Both the position numbers and the translations under genes were made by a program. This document shows, piece after piece, positions 18,479-27,772 of a stretch of DNA of 64,000 bases. The DNA lies in the IMG/VR virus record IMGVR_UViG_3300032242_003291, positions 186,001-250,000 of that record, one strand, 5' to 3'. Below the pieces are notes generated by a model. It saw only the letters and a list, made by a program, of their open reading frames with translations, was not told the origin of the DNA and did no database searches. Each line of letters begins with the position of its first letter. Position 1 is the first letter of the stretch.

Positions 18479-18832
18479 TTACATTCTGTCTACTGTTGTA
18501 CAATTTTCACCTGTAAAGTTATTATACCATTCTAAAAATAATGTACCAATGTGATTAAAATTAAAACCAAAAAGTCTTGAGACCGTATCCCACATTATTG
18601 GCCTTACTAAAAGCATTCTACCTTCTTCAGTTTCATCTTCCTCATCGTCATCAAAATTATAGGCTTCAAACATGGCATCAGATGGATGTTCATTTTTTCC
18701 TCGAACATATAATCTTGTCATATCTTCATATTCGTATCCTTCATCGGAAACCTCCCAATCATAAGAATCAAGATAATTAAAGACCATCTTCTTCATTTTT
18801 TCGTACTGAGATTCTGTTATAATGATTTTCAT
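18479..18832 (-). CDS. leader-bearing WF-family protein
   Basis: MKIIITESQY; SRLFG...FLEWYNNF. Confidence 0.8.
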   Translation of the reverse strand: MKIIITESQYEKMKKMVFNYLDSYDWEVSDEGYEYEDMTRLYVRGKNEHPSDAMFEAYNFDDDEEDETEEGRMLLVRPIMWDTVSRLFGFNFNHIGTLFLEWYNNFTGENCTTVDRM

Positions 18833-18895
18833 AATTTTAAGCAATCATAAATTACATCTTTTTTTTCAAAAAATTTTATCAATAAAATAATTTTT

Positions 18896-20047
18896 TTATA
18901 GTTGTATTAAAATACTACCGTCTGAATTTGACGATACTATCAAATTTACCTGATTTGTTCCTGTATTATAAGAACCACCTCCTCCTGCGCCAGCGCCATT
19001 ACCACCTGCACCACCTCCACTATATCCTCCACCTCCTCCACCACCATCATAAGCTTGACCTGCACCACCACCGAATCCACCATCTCCACCACAAACACTG
19101 TAACCAAGACCGCCCGTAGCATTATTTGTATATGAAAGACCACCACCACCAAATCCTGAACTTGCACCATTTCCCGTGTATCCTCCACCACCATTTCCTG
19201 CAAGTATTGATGCTGTAGTGGTTCCACCTCCACCACCTGAACCGCCAGCATATTGTCCTGACACACCTGTGGTACCTGTAGAGGCATTATACCCGTTTCC
19301 AATGTTAGTATCACCATTCTTTGAAGCCCCTCCTCCACCGCCAGCGGCTAAAATTAATGTTCCGTTTTGTAAGACAAATGAGCCACCACCACCTCCTCCA
19401 TTTTGAGCAATACATGCATTGTTGGCCGATATTCCTTTTTGTCCAACGACCATGGTAATAGTATCTCCAACATTAAATGTAAAAGTACCTTGCATTGAGG
19501 CGGCCAAACCACCTGTTACTCCTGGAGGATACGAATCCGCGCCACCACCTCCGATTGCTCTTACAGTATACGACCCTGCTTTCGTAATTGTCAAAATTTG
19601 TTTACCAGATGAAACCGAAAAATTACCCGATAAGAAAGATTGTCCCGCGTATGCGGTCTGACATTGAGTTAAAGTTGGTCCGTTGACTCCTGTAGCACCT
19701 GCAGGAGTAAATAAATTACTAAATTGTGTTGTTCCCGTAGTTATAAAAACATTATTCGAGTTATTAGCCCATGTAATATTTTGGTCAACAGTGACTCCTG
19801 TTCCTCCTGCGCCAAGTAATATAGAATTTAAACCTGTGGTATCTGTTGCAACTCTTGCAGTCCATCCAGTTGAACCACCAATTTGATAAACGGTAAACCC
19901 ACCAATTGGTGAATCGATACCACTGTAGAATCCAGTACTACTGGTTGGTCCTAAGTCTTTAGTTGAACCTGAGAAGTAACTAAAACTTCCTTTAACTGTT
20001 GCTCCCGCAATTGCAGTTGTTCCCGATTTAATAATAATTATTGACAT
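18896..20047 (-). CDS. glycine-rich putative virion/tail-associated protein
   Basis: GGGG repeats in the C-terminal half with YTVRAIGGGG/VVGQKG pattern; TATTTAT at 20052-20058. Confidence 0.65.
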   Translation of the reverse strand: MSIIIIKSGTTAIAGATVKGSFSYFSGSTKDLGPTSSTGFYSGIDSPIGGFTVYQIGGSTGWTARVATDTTGLNSILLGAGGTGVTVDQNITWANNSNNVFITTGTTQFSNLFTPAGATGVNGPTLTQCQTAYAGQSFLSGNFSVSSGKQILTITKAGSYTVRAIGGGGADSYPPGVTGGLAASMQGTFTFNVGDTITMVVGQKGISANNACIAQNGGGGGGSFVLQNGTLILAAGGGGGASKNGDTNIGNGYNASTGTTGVSGQYAGGSGGGGGTTTASILAGNGGGGYTGNGASSGFGGGGLSYTNNATGGLGYSVCGGDGGFGGGAGQAYDGGGGGGGYSGGGAGGNGAGAGGGGSYNTGTNQVNLIVSSNSDGSILIQL

Positions 20048-20083
20048 ACAAATAAATATCCACAAAAATAAAAATGAAAAAAA

Positions 20084-20386
20084 CTATATATAATGAACAA
20101 ACTTTCTTAAGTCTCTTACCTTTTTCATTTTATATTTGTCCCCAAACCAAGTTTTAATAAATTTTGCCGCATCATCTTCACTAACTGAAAACAAACCACT
20201 AATGGTACGACAAAGTGGTGGGTATCTATATAGTTTTATGAATTCCCAATCATCTTTTGTTCTGAACGAAAAAATATGAGTGTTATTGTTTGAATAAACG
20301 GCATAGTAATCGTGTTGACATTTTAATTTAACACCAGGGCCAACTACCTCCTCCAAAAAATTATAAATTATTTGTTCCATGAGCAC
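20084..20386 (-). CDS. WF-family protein without leader
   Basis: ISGLFS...FIKTWFGDKY. Confidence 0.75.
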   Translation of the reverse strand: MLMEQIIYNFLEEVVGPGVKLKCQHDYYAVYSNNNTHIFSFRTKDDWEFIKLYRYPPLCRTISGLFSVSEDDAAKFIKTWFGDKYKMKKVRDLRKFVHYI

Positions 20387-20555
20387 TTTTATTAGTTATA
20401 CCCTCAATACAACGGTCCATTTTATCATTAAATTTTTTTTCAGCCAATTCTATTTCTTTCGTAAGGTCAACACGTACTTTTTCTTGGATTTCTCTGAGTA
20501 ATTCCATATCAATTTCATGTTTAATCCTTTCTTCTAATATTTTTACTGCATCCAT
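20361..20555 (-). CDS. hypothetical coiled-coil protein
   Basis: 64 aa, overlapping operon. Confidence 0.65.
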   Translation of the reverse strand: MDAVKILEERIKHEIDMELLREIQEKVRVDLTKEIELAEKKFNDKMDRCIEGITNKSAHGTNNL

Positions 20556-20929
20556 TATTCTACAAGATAATTTGTTATTCTTCCATCTCTATAAGGTATT
20601 AATGTATTATACCGATTATAATCTCCATTTGCTATCACAATACAATTAGGATATAGTTTTTTATTTGTTTTATTTTTCCATATGTTAAGGCAAAAATCCA
20701 TAAACTCATTATGAGCATCAGTATATGCCATTAACTTAGCAATATCTACATCACAAGAAAGTTCACCATTATCATATATGCGAACATAACTATTATTTTC
20801 GATAAATAAATTTCTTTTTGATGGATAAAAAAGTATAGACCCAATATAATTCTTACCTATAAAAACAACAGGTGGACAATCAATCTTAACCGTCCAATAA
20901 TCGAAAAATTTATCGTACATTGTTTTCAT
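20555..20929 (-). CDS. hypothetical protein
   Basis: 124 aa, operonic. Confidence 0.7.
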   Translation of the reverse strand: MKTMYDKFFDYWTVKIDCPPVVFIGKNYIGSILFYPSKRNLFIENNSYVRIYDNGELSCDVDIAKLMAYTDAHNEFMDFCLNIWKNKTNKKLYPNCIVIANGDYNRYNTLIPYRDGRITNYLVE

Positions 20930-21143
20930 TTATTTTATGAATAGCATTGTGCCGTTTAATCATTAAATCGGGTATAAACATAATATAATAATCAAATGCT
21001 TCAGTTGTTAAATCTTTCCATGGACCCCACACTTTAGTACGTATTCCCATAATTCGGTCCTTAAGGTTACCCATATCAACTTCATATTTTTTCATGTAGG
21101 ATTCACCAAAATAATCATCAACCTCAAATATTAAATCTTTCAT
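20910..21143 (-). CDS. hypothetical protein
   Basis: 77 aa, operonic. Confidence 0.65.
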   Translation of the reverse strand: MKDLIFEVDDYFGESYMKKYEVDMGNLKDRIMGIRTKVWGPWKDLTTEAFDYYIMFIPDLMIKRHNAIHKINENNVR

Positions 21144-21146
21144 ACA

Positions 21147-21956
21147 CTATAATTTTACTCCACCTTCAATAACCTTGCCAGCTTCAAACTCATCAGACCA
21201 ATCATACTCTCCCGAATTTTGGTCAGGATAGATATTCTTTATACCTTCTTCAATAACCATCCATATGTCCGTAGTGTTTGCACTACAGCCTGGGTCATAA
21301 TAAAATCTATCCATTCCCTGAGCAGGAACAACCACACGGTGAGGTTTAACATCCTTAACGATTCTTGGTATTAAATTCTGTGCTCTCATCTGCCTATGAG
21401 TTGAACTTGAATCATATACTTCTTTAAGACCATAATTCATCACATTACGAACATTAAATTCAGCATTACTATTCAATCCTTCAACTCCCTTAACACCGTT
21501 ACCAATCACAGCTCGAGTATGCCATTCGAATTCATCACCATGATTTTTACCGTGTTGTCCAATCTTTTTTATTCCCTCATCAACAACCTTATCAATATAA
21601 TCCTTACCCAATGCTCGTGTACTACTAACATTCTTTATTCCATTTTCGAGAACATTCGGGGTTTCGTTTCTACCTTTATCACGAGGATATGCAATCGTAC
21701 GATGAGCGCAGTCCTTATAGAAGAAATCATTAGCCCACTGTATAATATACCCATCCATTTCGGTTCCAACAGTTATTGAAACATATTTGAATATATCGTT
21801 GAAGAACTTATAGTTATACCATAAGGTCCCCTCATCGGTCAACTCAACAACCCATCTTGTTTGATTTGTAAAGATTAACCATGTGGCATTTTTCCACCGA
21901 TAAACATCTACTCCTTTAATTGAAGAAGTTATAAGCTCATTGACAATTTTTTGCAT
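21147..21956 (-). CDS. early WF-family domain fused to short tandem repeats
   Basis: -7 TATCTTTG at 21961-21968; repeated V-[IL]-x-x-G-[IV]-K units. Confidence 0.75.
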   Translation of the reverse strand: MQKIVNELITSSIKGVDVYRWKNATWLIFTNQTRWVVELTDEGTLWYNYKFFNDIFKYVSITVGTEMDGYIIQWANDFFYKDCAHRTIAYPRDKGRNETPNVLENGIKNVSSTRALGKDYIDKVVDEGIKKIGQHGKNHGDEFEWHTRAVIGNGVKGVEGLNSNAEFNVRNVMNYGLKEVYDSSSTHRQMRAQNLIPRIVKDVKPHRVVVPAQGMDRFYYDPGCSANTTDIWMVIEEGIKNIYPDQNSGEYDWSDEFEAGKVIEGGVKL

Positions 21957-21985
21957 AACACAAAGATACAAAAATATTTTGATAT

Positions 21986-22011
21986 AAAAAACCCACCTTA
22001 AGGGTGGGATT
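21986..22011 (-). terminator. intrinsic terminator
   Basis: aaaaacccacc-ttaag-ggtggg. Confidence 0.75.
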
Positions 22012-22285
22012 ATATTTTATCTACTGCTTTTGTAAACTTGTGACATTTTTCGGATACACCTCCTTCTTCATGGTCAGTAATGGATAATTTTACATTATCA
22101 TAATGAACGGTCATATCAGGATGGTGATTTTGTTTATCTGCAATTTTCATTACCGAATTAACAAATGGCATAACCTCTTTATAGTCTTTGAAATAGAATG
22201 TTTTAATAAGTTTATTACCACTTTCTTTCCAATCACTTTTATTCATAATTGTTCTTTTTTGTTGTTCTGTGATAATATATTTCAT
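22010..22285 (-). CDS. pterin-4-alpha-carbinolamine dehydratase (PhhB-like) with N-terminal leader
   Basis: W..SGNKLIKTFYFKDY..VMPFVN.V...ADKQNHHPD...ITDH..GGVSE; MKYIITEQQ leader. Confidence 0.85.
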   Translation of the reverse strand: MKYIITEQQKRTIMNKSDWKESGNKLIKTFYFKDYKEVMPFVNSVMKIADKQNHHPDMTVHYDNVKLSITDHEEGGVSEKCHKFTKAVDKI

Positions 22286-22297
22286 AATGAGACTACT

Positions 22298-22780
22298 TTA
22301 CCAAGTTCTACATGCCCAATAACGTGGCTTCCATCTTGGTCCAGGATTATCACAATTCATTCTCGCTCTAAAGTTTCTTCTACGTTCGGGATTATTCTTT
22401 TTAATTGTCATTCTTTTACCGTGAGCAGATTTTCCACCAAACCCAAAGTTAACCTTAACAACCTTACCCTTATCATTTTTAACATATACCTTGGACTTCT
22501 TCACATCACCTTGCATAATCTTTCCAAGTTGAACTTTACGTCCTTGATATTCAGCCTCATTTATGGAACCTTCTTCAAATTCTGTTTCTTCAACTGAACC
22601 ATACTCATCTTCATATAAAGTTTCATTTTTAGGCTTTATACCTTTTTTCTTCATGTTGATGGCAATTGCTGCTTGTTGTGCAGGACTTGATGCTTCGTCC
22701 ATTTCATTTTCAGATTCTTTAAGAACACGTTTAACCAATTTCATCAAATCGGATTCTGTAAGTCTAACTATCTTTGGCAT
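22298..22780 (-). CDS. leader-bearing multi-module protein
   Basis: MPKIVRLTESDLMKLVKRVLKES; modules after MDE and INE; C-terminal RARMNCDNPG...YWACRTW; TATTTAT at 22796-22802. Confidence 0.8.
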   Translation of the reverse strand: MPKIVRLTESDLMKLVKRVLKESENEMDEASSPAQQAAIAINMKKKGIKPKNETLYEDEYGSVEETEFEEGSINEAEYQGRKVQLGKIMQGDVKKSKVYVKNDKGKVVKVNFGFGGKSAHGKRMTIKKNNPERRRNFRARMNCDNPGPRWKPRYWACRTW

Positions 22781-22813
22781 AATAAATGTTTTATTATAAA
22801 TACATACGGAAAT

Positions 22814-22837
22814 AAAAAACCCACCATAAAGGTGGGT
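22814..22837 (-). terminator. intrinsic terminator, near-identical to 24325-24349
   Basis: aaaaaacccaccataaaggtggg. Confidence 0.75.
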
Positions 22838-22846
22838 CAATATTTA

Positions 22847-24286
22847 CTATTGTTCTAACAAATTAAGTTGTGATTTCAAATACTCTGATTGTTTTGCAAT
22901 TTTCTTTAAAAATTCTTGATAATATTTTTTATTATACTGATAAAGTCCATTTAGATGTTGGGAACCTTTGTTTCCCAATAATTCAAGACTTTCTTTTGAT
23001 AATGAATTTTTACCTGAGGCATATCCAATTAAATTATCCAATTCTTGTTTAGCACCTTTAGCTCCGACTTTTTGAACTAAACCATTAATTTCGCTTGTCA
23101 TATTATTTAAAATCATCTGATTATTTGCAACTATTTCTTGTGGATGATAAAGATATTGTTGATATAAATCTTTATACTTTTCACCAGCATTTATTGCGTT
23201 ATCAATACCTTGACCTGTTTCAGACGCTTTAGCATATGCTGATTTATAGTTAGATAATTCAGTTTGTTTAGCGTTTTGAATGGCTTCATAAGAATTATTC
23301 AATTTTGGACTAACCAAAGATGGGTCCTTGATGTGAGTTGCTTCATGATTTAAAACTTGTCTTATTTCTTCTTCACTCTTACCTGCCAATGCGTCCAAGT
23401 TCATATAAATTTTATTTCTACCAACAGCTTCACCAGCAAAAGTTTCGCCAGGAAAACTTTTAACAATCACATCAACTTCTTTTGTAGTACCATTAACAAT
23501 CAAATCCAATTTTAAAAAACGTTGTTCCCCTTGTTTAATTATTGGGACCAATTGTGAAATTTGATTTAATTCTGATTCTGCAAATTTAATTCCTCCTTGA
23601 ACTGCCATTCTGGCCAACTTATATGTATTGCCTGACGCGGACTTCAAATTATTTAAAAATCCTTCTTTGGTTATTTTATTTGAAAGAAATTGTTGGAGTA
23701 ATTCATTATATTTTTGTTGTCCAAATTTTGAAATAAAATTTGGTTTTAATGATTCGACACTATTAACAATGGGAGTAAGTTTTGTTGACGCACTTTCTAA
23801 ACCTTGTTTGACTAAGACCTCATTTTCTTTAATAGCATTCAAAGCAGTTGCTTCCGCAGGAGAGAAAATTTTCACACCTTTAGCAATTTTGCTTCCCAAT
23901 GCTGCCATTGCCTTTGAACCTAATTGTTTTACACCAGGAATCTCACCAATGAAAGGTAACAAAGAAAAGGCTGCGGTTATACCCGCAGCTTTTGTATCTC
24001 CTTCATTGTAATAAATTGCTGAATCAGCCAATCCAATACCCGCAGAAATAAATGGACCTACAGCAGGAATAAAGGCCGTACCGATGGCGAGAAATCCCAT
24101 AAGTGTATGTACATCAAATGGTACCCCTTTGCCGTTTGTTGGGTCAATTGTTCCTGATTTAACATTTGTTGTTGGCTGAAGAAAATTTGATGGTGCTGAT
24201 GGTGTAAGAGTTGCGGCAGGTTTGACTCCCTTAACTTGTTCAGATAAGACTCTATTAAATTGTGATTCTGTGACAATAATTTTCAT
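22847..24286 (-). CDS. leader-bearing polymorphic-toxin-like protein with hydrophobic pre-toxin segment and HExxH motif
   Basis: MKIIVTESQF..VLSEQ; AIGTAFIPAVGP...EGD...AAFSLLPFIG; LNHEATHI; TATTTAT at 24292-24298. Confidence 0.6.
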   Translation of the reverse strand: MKIIVTESQFNRVLSEQVKGVKPAATLTPSAPSNFLQPTTNVKSGTIDPTNGKGVPFDVHTLMGFLAIGTAFIPAVGPFISAGIGLADSAIYYNEGDTKAAGITAAFSLLPFIGEIPGVKQLGSKAMAALGSKIAKGVKIFSPAEATALNAIKENEVLVKQGLESASTKLTPIVNSVESLKPNFISKFGQQKYNELLQQFLSNKITKEGFLNNLKSASGNTYKLARMAVQGGIKFAESELNQISQLVPIIKQGEQRFLKLDLIVNGTTKEVDVIVKSFPGETFAGEAVGRNKIYMNLDALAGKSEEEIRQVLNHEATHIKDPSLVSPKLNNSYEAIQNAKQTELSNYKSAYAKASETGQGIDNAINAGEKYKDLYQQYLYHPQEIVANNQMILNNMTSEINGLVQKVGAKGAKQELDNLIGYASGKNSLSKESLELLGNKGSQHLNGLYQYNKKYYQEFLKKIAKQSEYLKSQLNLLEQ

Positions 24287-24324
24287 TAACAATAAATATA
24301 CCGACCCATTTGTTTGATATAAAT

Positions 24325-24349
24325 AAAAAACCCACCATAAAGGGTGGGT
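24325..24349 (-). terminator. intrinsic terminator
   Basis: aaaaaacccaccataaagggtggg. Confidence 0.75.
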
Positions 24350-24372
24350 CTTAATATAGAATTATGTTTTAT

Positions 24373-24930
24373 TTAATTATTTTTACGTTTTGCAAACTCT
24401 GAAAGTTCATATAGTTTAGCAAGGATTGAATCAACGTTCCCACTTAAAAGAATTGTTTCTGTTGTTGGTTGATATCCGTTTCCAACTATCTCAACAAAAA
24501 TACCTTTATAAAGTTTTCTCATGGCAAAAGTTGGGGTATAATTTTGTACTGTAATAGGATTTATATTGGCAGTACTATTAGGATATAAAGAATACACTAA
24601 TGGTTTACCATATTCAAATTCCATTCTACTAGGAAACATTATATTATCCGTGTTAACATCACTTTTGGTTAAAACCAATGGACTATAAGTTGAGGTTGCA
24701 TATTGACTTTTTGAATTTAACAACCAAGGAAACCCGCGGCGTCCGTTATTCATTACTAACCCTTTTAAGAACTTTGTTACCTCTTGTTTTTCTTGTGGAG
24801 TTAATCCCTTTACCGCAGAATTAACATTTGCAGCAGAAGTTGCCGCAACATCGTCTTCTTTTAATAATCTTTTTTCCAATTTAAGATTAGCCTCTTGCAT
24901 GTGTCTAATCTTACTCATACTTCTATTCAT
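24373..24930 (-). CDS. hypothetical protein with variant leader
   Basis: MNRSMSKIRHMQEANLKLEKRLLKED; TATTTAT at 24945-24951. Confidence 0.75.
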   Translation of the reverse strand: MNRSMSKIRHMQEANLKLEKRLLKEDDVAATSAANVNSAVKGLTPQEKQEVTKFLKGLVMNNGRRGFPWLLNSKSQYATSTYSPLVLTKSDVNTDNIMFPSRMEFEYGKPLVYSLYPNSTANINPITVQNYTPTFAMRKLYKGIFVEIVGNGYQPTTETILLSGNVDSILAKLYELSEFAKRKNN

Positions 24931-24971
24931 AAAATTTCTTTATAATAAATATATTGTCAGACCCATTTGTT

Positions 24972-25286
24972 TTATTCAGCCGCATCATAGGATTGAATAT
25001 TTTCTTCAACTACTTCATCAATCATTGGTTGGTCTTCCAACTCTTCAATAACAATGTTAATTGCTTCAGGATAATTACAACTATATGACTGAAAGTATAT
25101 CCCCGCAAGACCCAATACCTCATTGTTAATGTAGTGACGATTCTTACCTTTACCTTTTAATATTTCGTGGTCCATCGACACATCATTCCAATCACCCAAT
25201 ACACATCTATGTCCACCTTTTTCTTTGTGTAATAGTCTAACGACATTATTATGACTGAAGTTTTCAATAAATTCTTTTAGTTTCAT
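24972..25286 (-). CDS. hypothetical protein
   Basis: 104 aa, last gene of an early operon. Confidence 0.7.
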   Translation of the reverse strand: MKLKEFIENFSHNNVVRLLHKEKGGHRCVLGDWNDVSMDHEILKGKGKNRHYINNEVLGLAGIYFQSYSCNYPEAINIVIEELEDQPMIDEVVEENIQSYDAAE

Positions 25287-25287
25287 A

Positions 25288-25458
25288 TTAGTTATGTATT
25301 ATTTTTGGTTCTTTAATTCCACGAAGTTCTGTAAGATGTTTTTTAGCGTCTTCAATTGATTTGTGTGATTTGTAAGGCCATGCAGGTCTAACCGAGCTTT
25401 GTGATGTGTATATGTGAATTGATTCACTACAACTGAATGTTATTATTCTTTCTCCCAT
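25288..25458 (-). CDS. small hypothetical protein (56 aa)
   Basis: Not in ORF track; MGERIITFSCSES...; shares the junction motif of its neighbours. Confidence 0.6.
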   Translation of the reverse strand: MGERIITFSCSESIHIYTSQSSVRPAWPYKSHKSIEDAKKHLTELRGIKEPKIIHN

Positions 25459-25459
25459 A

Positions 25460-25642
25460 TTATTTGATTAAAAAATTGATGATTAATAGTGCAACGACTC
25501 CCCCAATAACGAATCCACGCAAAAAATATGTAAATCTTTCAACTTGTAAAATTTCTTTTAGATGTTTTGTTGCATAATCTACACTATGTTCTTGTTTTGA
25601 AACAAGTCTTAAAATTGATTTAATTAAATCTATTGTTTTCAT
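25460..25642 (-). CDS. small membrane protein
   Basis: C-terminal hydrophobic helix. Confidence 0.65.
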   Translation of the reverse strand: MKTIDLIKSILRLVSKQEHSVDYATKHLKEILQVERFTYFLRGFVIGGVVALLIINFLIK

Positions 25643-25656
25643 ATTATTTGTTTTAT

Positions 25657-25851
25657 CTAATACATACCTTTATTTTCTTTTGTCCTTTTGAATAATTTCC
25701 AATCATAATCTGTTAATTCTCTTGAATATAACACGTGAGTGTCTCTTCCTAACTCTTTCTCTATGAGTATAAAATTTTCTATTGATGTCATTTCACCAAA
25801 AATAGTTTCGTGCTTTCCCTCTCTTAAAATTGTTAAATGATATGCTTTCAT
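25657..25851 (-). CDS. hypothetical protein
   Basis: 64 aa. Confidence 0.65.
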   Translation of the reverse strand: MKAYHLTILREGKHETIFGEMTSIENFILIEKELGRDTHVLYSRELTDYDWKLFKRTKENKGMY

Positions 25852-25852
25852 A

Positions 25853-25969
25853 TTATTTGTTTTTTGATTTTCTTATTTTAATTTCAGACACCATAAAAAA
25901 TAGTAAAAACATTAATGTAACTCCACTCCAAAAGTATATCCAAACAAGCGACTCTTGATGTAAATTCAT
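25853..25969 (-). CDS. small membrane protein (38 aa)
   Basis: Not in ORF track; MNLHQESLVWIYFWSGVTLMFLLFFMVSEIKIRKSKNK. Confidence 0.6.
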   Translation of the reverse strand: MNLHQESLVWIYFWSGVTLMFLLFFMVSEIKIRKSKNK

Positions 25970-25972
25970 AGG

Positions 25973-26527
25973 TTATTTGTTTTTAACAATTTGAATCATT
26001 CTTTTAAGACACGCAAGTTGTGCATCATCATAATTCAAAGTGGTTTCTTTATAGATTTTTCTCTTGGATGGAAATTCGTAGATTGGTATGAGATTATGAT
26101 TGATATTAGATGTAAAGGATGTTGATTCAGGTGTCACATGAATTTCATATCCATTAAAATATATCAATGGCAATAACGTAAATTGTCCTTCCAAATAACT
26201 TGATTCATCACTAATGCGAGTTATAATCATCTCTCTCAAAAACTTAAATGCTTGTTGGTAGAGTGGTGCTGATATAATTAATATCTCAGTTGTATTAAAA
26301 ATATCATTTATTGATGTGATTAGTTCATTACCTACATAATACCCAAAGCATTGCTCATCAAAACCTAATTCTTTAAGTTCTAATGCTTGTTCATATGGGA
26401 TAAATTGATTGTTCATATTATTTGTTTTTAATGTAGCATTAAAATTGTAATGTACACCACCGTTTTCGTCTTTAGTTGGTTCTATTCCTGTACCTGCAAA
26501 TAGTTCTTCAAATGTTTTAGGTTTCAT
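25973..26527 (-). CDS. hypothetical protein, probably with an internal start at 26416
   Basis: FIPYEQALELKELGFDEQCFGYY...APLYQQAF; -7 element TATCTTTG at 26557-26564. Confidence 0.7.
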   Translation of the reverse strand: MKPKTFEELFAGTGIEPTKDENGGVHYNFNATLKTNNMNNQFIPYEQALELKELGFDEQCFGYYVGNELITSINDIFNTTEILIISAPLYQQAFKFLREMIITRISDESSYLEGQFTLLPLIYFNGYEIHVTPESTSFTSNINHNLIPIYEFPSKRKIYKETTLNYDDAQLACLKRMIQIVKNK

Positions 26528-26654
26528 ATTATTTATTTTATATTACAAAACTAATACAAAGATATGATATATCCATCAGTATTTATACTGAATTTTTTTC
26601 GGGGTCGGGTTAATCTGAGATGGTCATAATGAGGGGGTGATTATATGAACCAAT

Positions 26655-26727
26655 CCGAACCACCGAAGGTGGTCGGGGACCGTCGGTCAAAAACGGGGGA
26701 AAATATCGACGAAGTCGTTTTCGTCGG
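26655..26727. repeat. cluster of GC-rich hairpins with GAA triloops
   Basis: accaccGAAggtggt and cgacGAAgtcg in a non-coding gap. Confidence 0.6.
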
Positions 26728-26757
26728 CGAATATCTGGTTAAAAGCAGAATTAATTC

Positions 26758-27057
26758 TTACTGATGCCCATATACACCATCAGTTTCAAGAACATCTTCA
26801 TTAAGTGTGTGAGCAACCCATCTCTTCATATACCAATCAACTTCTTCCACACTAAGAGAAAACATATCCATAATTGCAACCTGAATATGTTGCATATAGT
26901 TAAATTGTTTGCGGGCATAAATTAATGCGCCGACAACATAAAAATTATCATGATATAGAATAAGGTGGTTATTCTGAAGTGCAGTTTTATAATCACCGAA
27001 CCTATCCGTTATGAACTGTAGTATCAACTTTTCCATGAATTTTTTCATTTCCTCCAA
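26758..27057 (-). CDS. WF-family protein without leader
   Basis: IMDMFS...YMKRWVAHTL. Confidence 0.7.
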   Translation of the reverse strand: MEEMKKFMEKLILQFITDRFGDYKTALQNNHLILYHDNFYVVGALIYARKQFNYMQHIQVAIMDMFSLSVEEVDWYMKRWVAHTLNEDVLETDGVYGHQ

Positions 27058-27217
27058 ATTTATATCTAAGCTGAAAAAGTTTCATTATTTTATCATATTC
27101 ATCCTCGATTTCTTGCCAATATTTTTTTGCATACAAATCACCTTCCTCTGTAGCAACACCACCTAAACTTTTCAACTTCTCAACGTGTGGAAATCTATCT
27201 TCTGTTACTATATTCAT
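27002..27217 (-). CDS. tandem-array paralog (DRFPH...R.KFGG..IH)
   Basis: MNIVTEDRFPH...RYKFGGNEKIH. Confidence 0.75.
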   Translation of the reverse strand: MNIVTEDRFPHVEKLKSLGGVATEEGDLYAKKYWQEIEDEYDKIMKLFQLRYKFGGNEKIHGKVDTTVHNG

Positions 27218-27395
27218 TATGTATTTTTTTATTACCACCGATTCTAAATCTTTCCAAAGTATTTTCCATAATGAAATCAGATTCTATGATAAATTCCGAA
27301 TAGTTGTCATTATAATACTTTTCCGCTTCTATAGTTTCACCCAACTTCATTAAATTATAATGGTGCGGGAACCTATCTTTGTTTGCTATTGTCAT
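27195..27395 (-). CDS. tandem-array paralog
   Basis: DRFPHH...RFRIGGNKKIH. Confidence 0.75.
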   Translation of the reverse strand: MTIANKDRFPHHYNLMKLGETIEAEKYYNDNYSEFIIESDFIMENTLERFRIGGNKKIHNEYSNRR

Positions 27396-27585
27396 TATGA
27401 ATTATTTTATTACCACCAAATGTTTGTCTAATTGTTACGGTTTCCACGAGGAATTCATATTCTTTATTCAACAGGTCACTATACACCTGATTATACCATC
27501 TAGCTTCATCAGTAGTTCCACCAAGTCTCATCAATTCTTTATAGTGGGGGAATCTATCTTTATTTGATATTGTTGCTATTGTCAC
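27373..27585 (-). CDS. tandem-array paralog
   Basis: DRFPHYKEL...RQTFGGNKIIH; GTG start. Confidence 0.75.
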   Translation of the reverse strand: MTIATISNKDRFPHYKELMRLGGTTDEARWYNQVYSDLLNKEYEFLVETVTIRQTFGGNKIIHNDNSKQR

Positions 27586-27772
27586 TATTAATTATTTTAT
27601 GAATAAATTCACTTCCACCCAATTGTTTTCTAAACCTATTTTCATCAATAAGTCTATCATATTCTTTATTTATCACATATTGATTTTGTTCTGTATACAA
27701 ACGACCTTCAGCAGTTTCAGAATTACCCAAACGAAATAACTCTTTAATGTGGGGGTACTTATCTATAATCAT
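27560..27772 (-). CDS. tandem-array paralog
   Basis: DKYPHIKEL...RKQLGGSEFIH. Confidence 0.75.
   Translation of the reverse strand: MIIDKYPHIKELFRLGNSETAEGRLYTEQNQYVINKEYDRLIDENRFRKQLGGSEFIHKIINSDNSNNIK

Noticed and set aside
18928-19886. Several overlapping ORFs in the Gly-rich gene
   Set aside because: Shadow frames of GGN repeats, without promoter or start context.
23628-24011. 127-aa plus-strand ORF
   Set aside because: Antisense shadow of 22847..24286.
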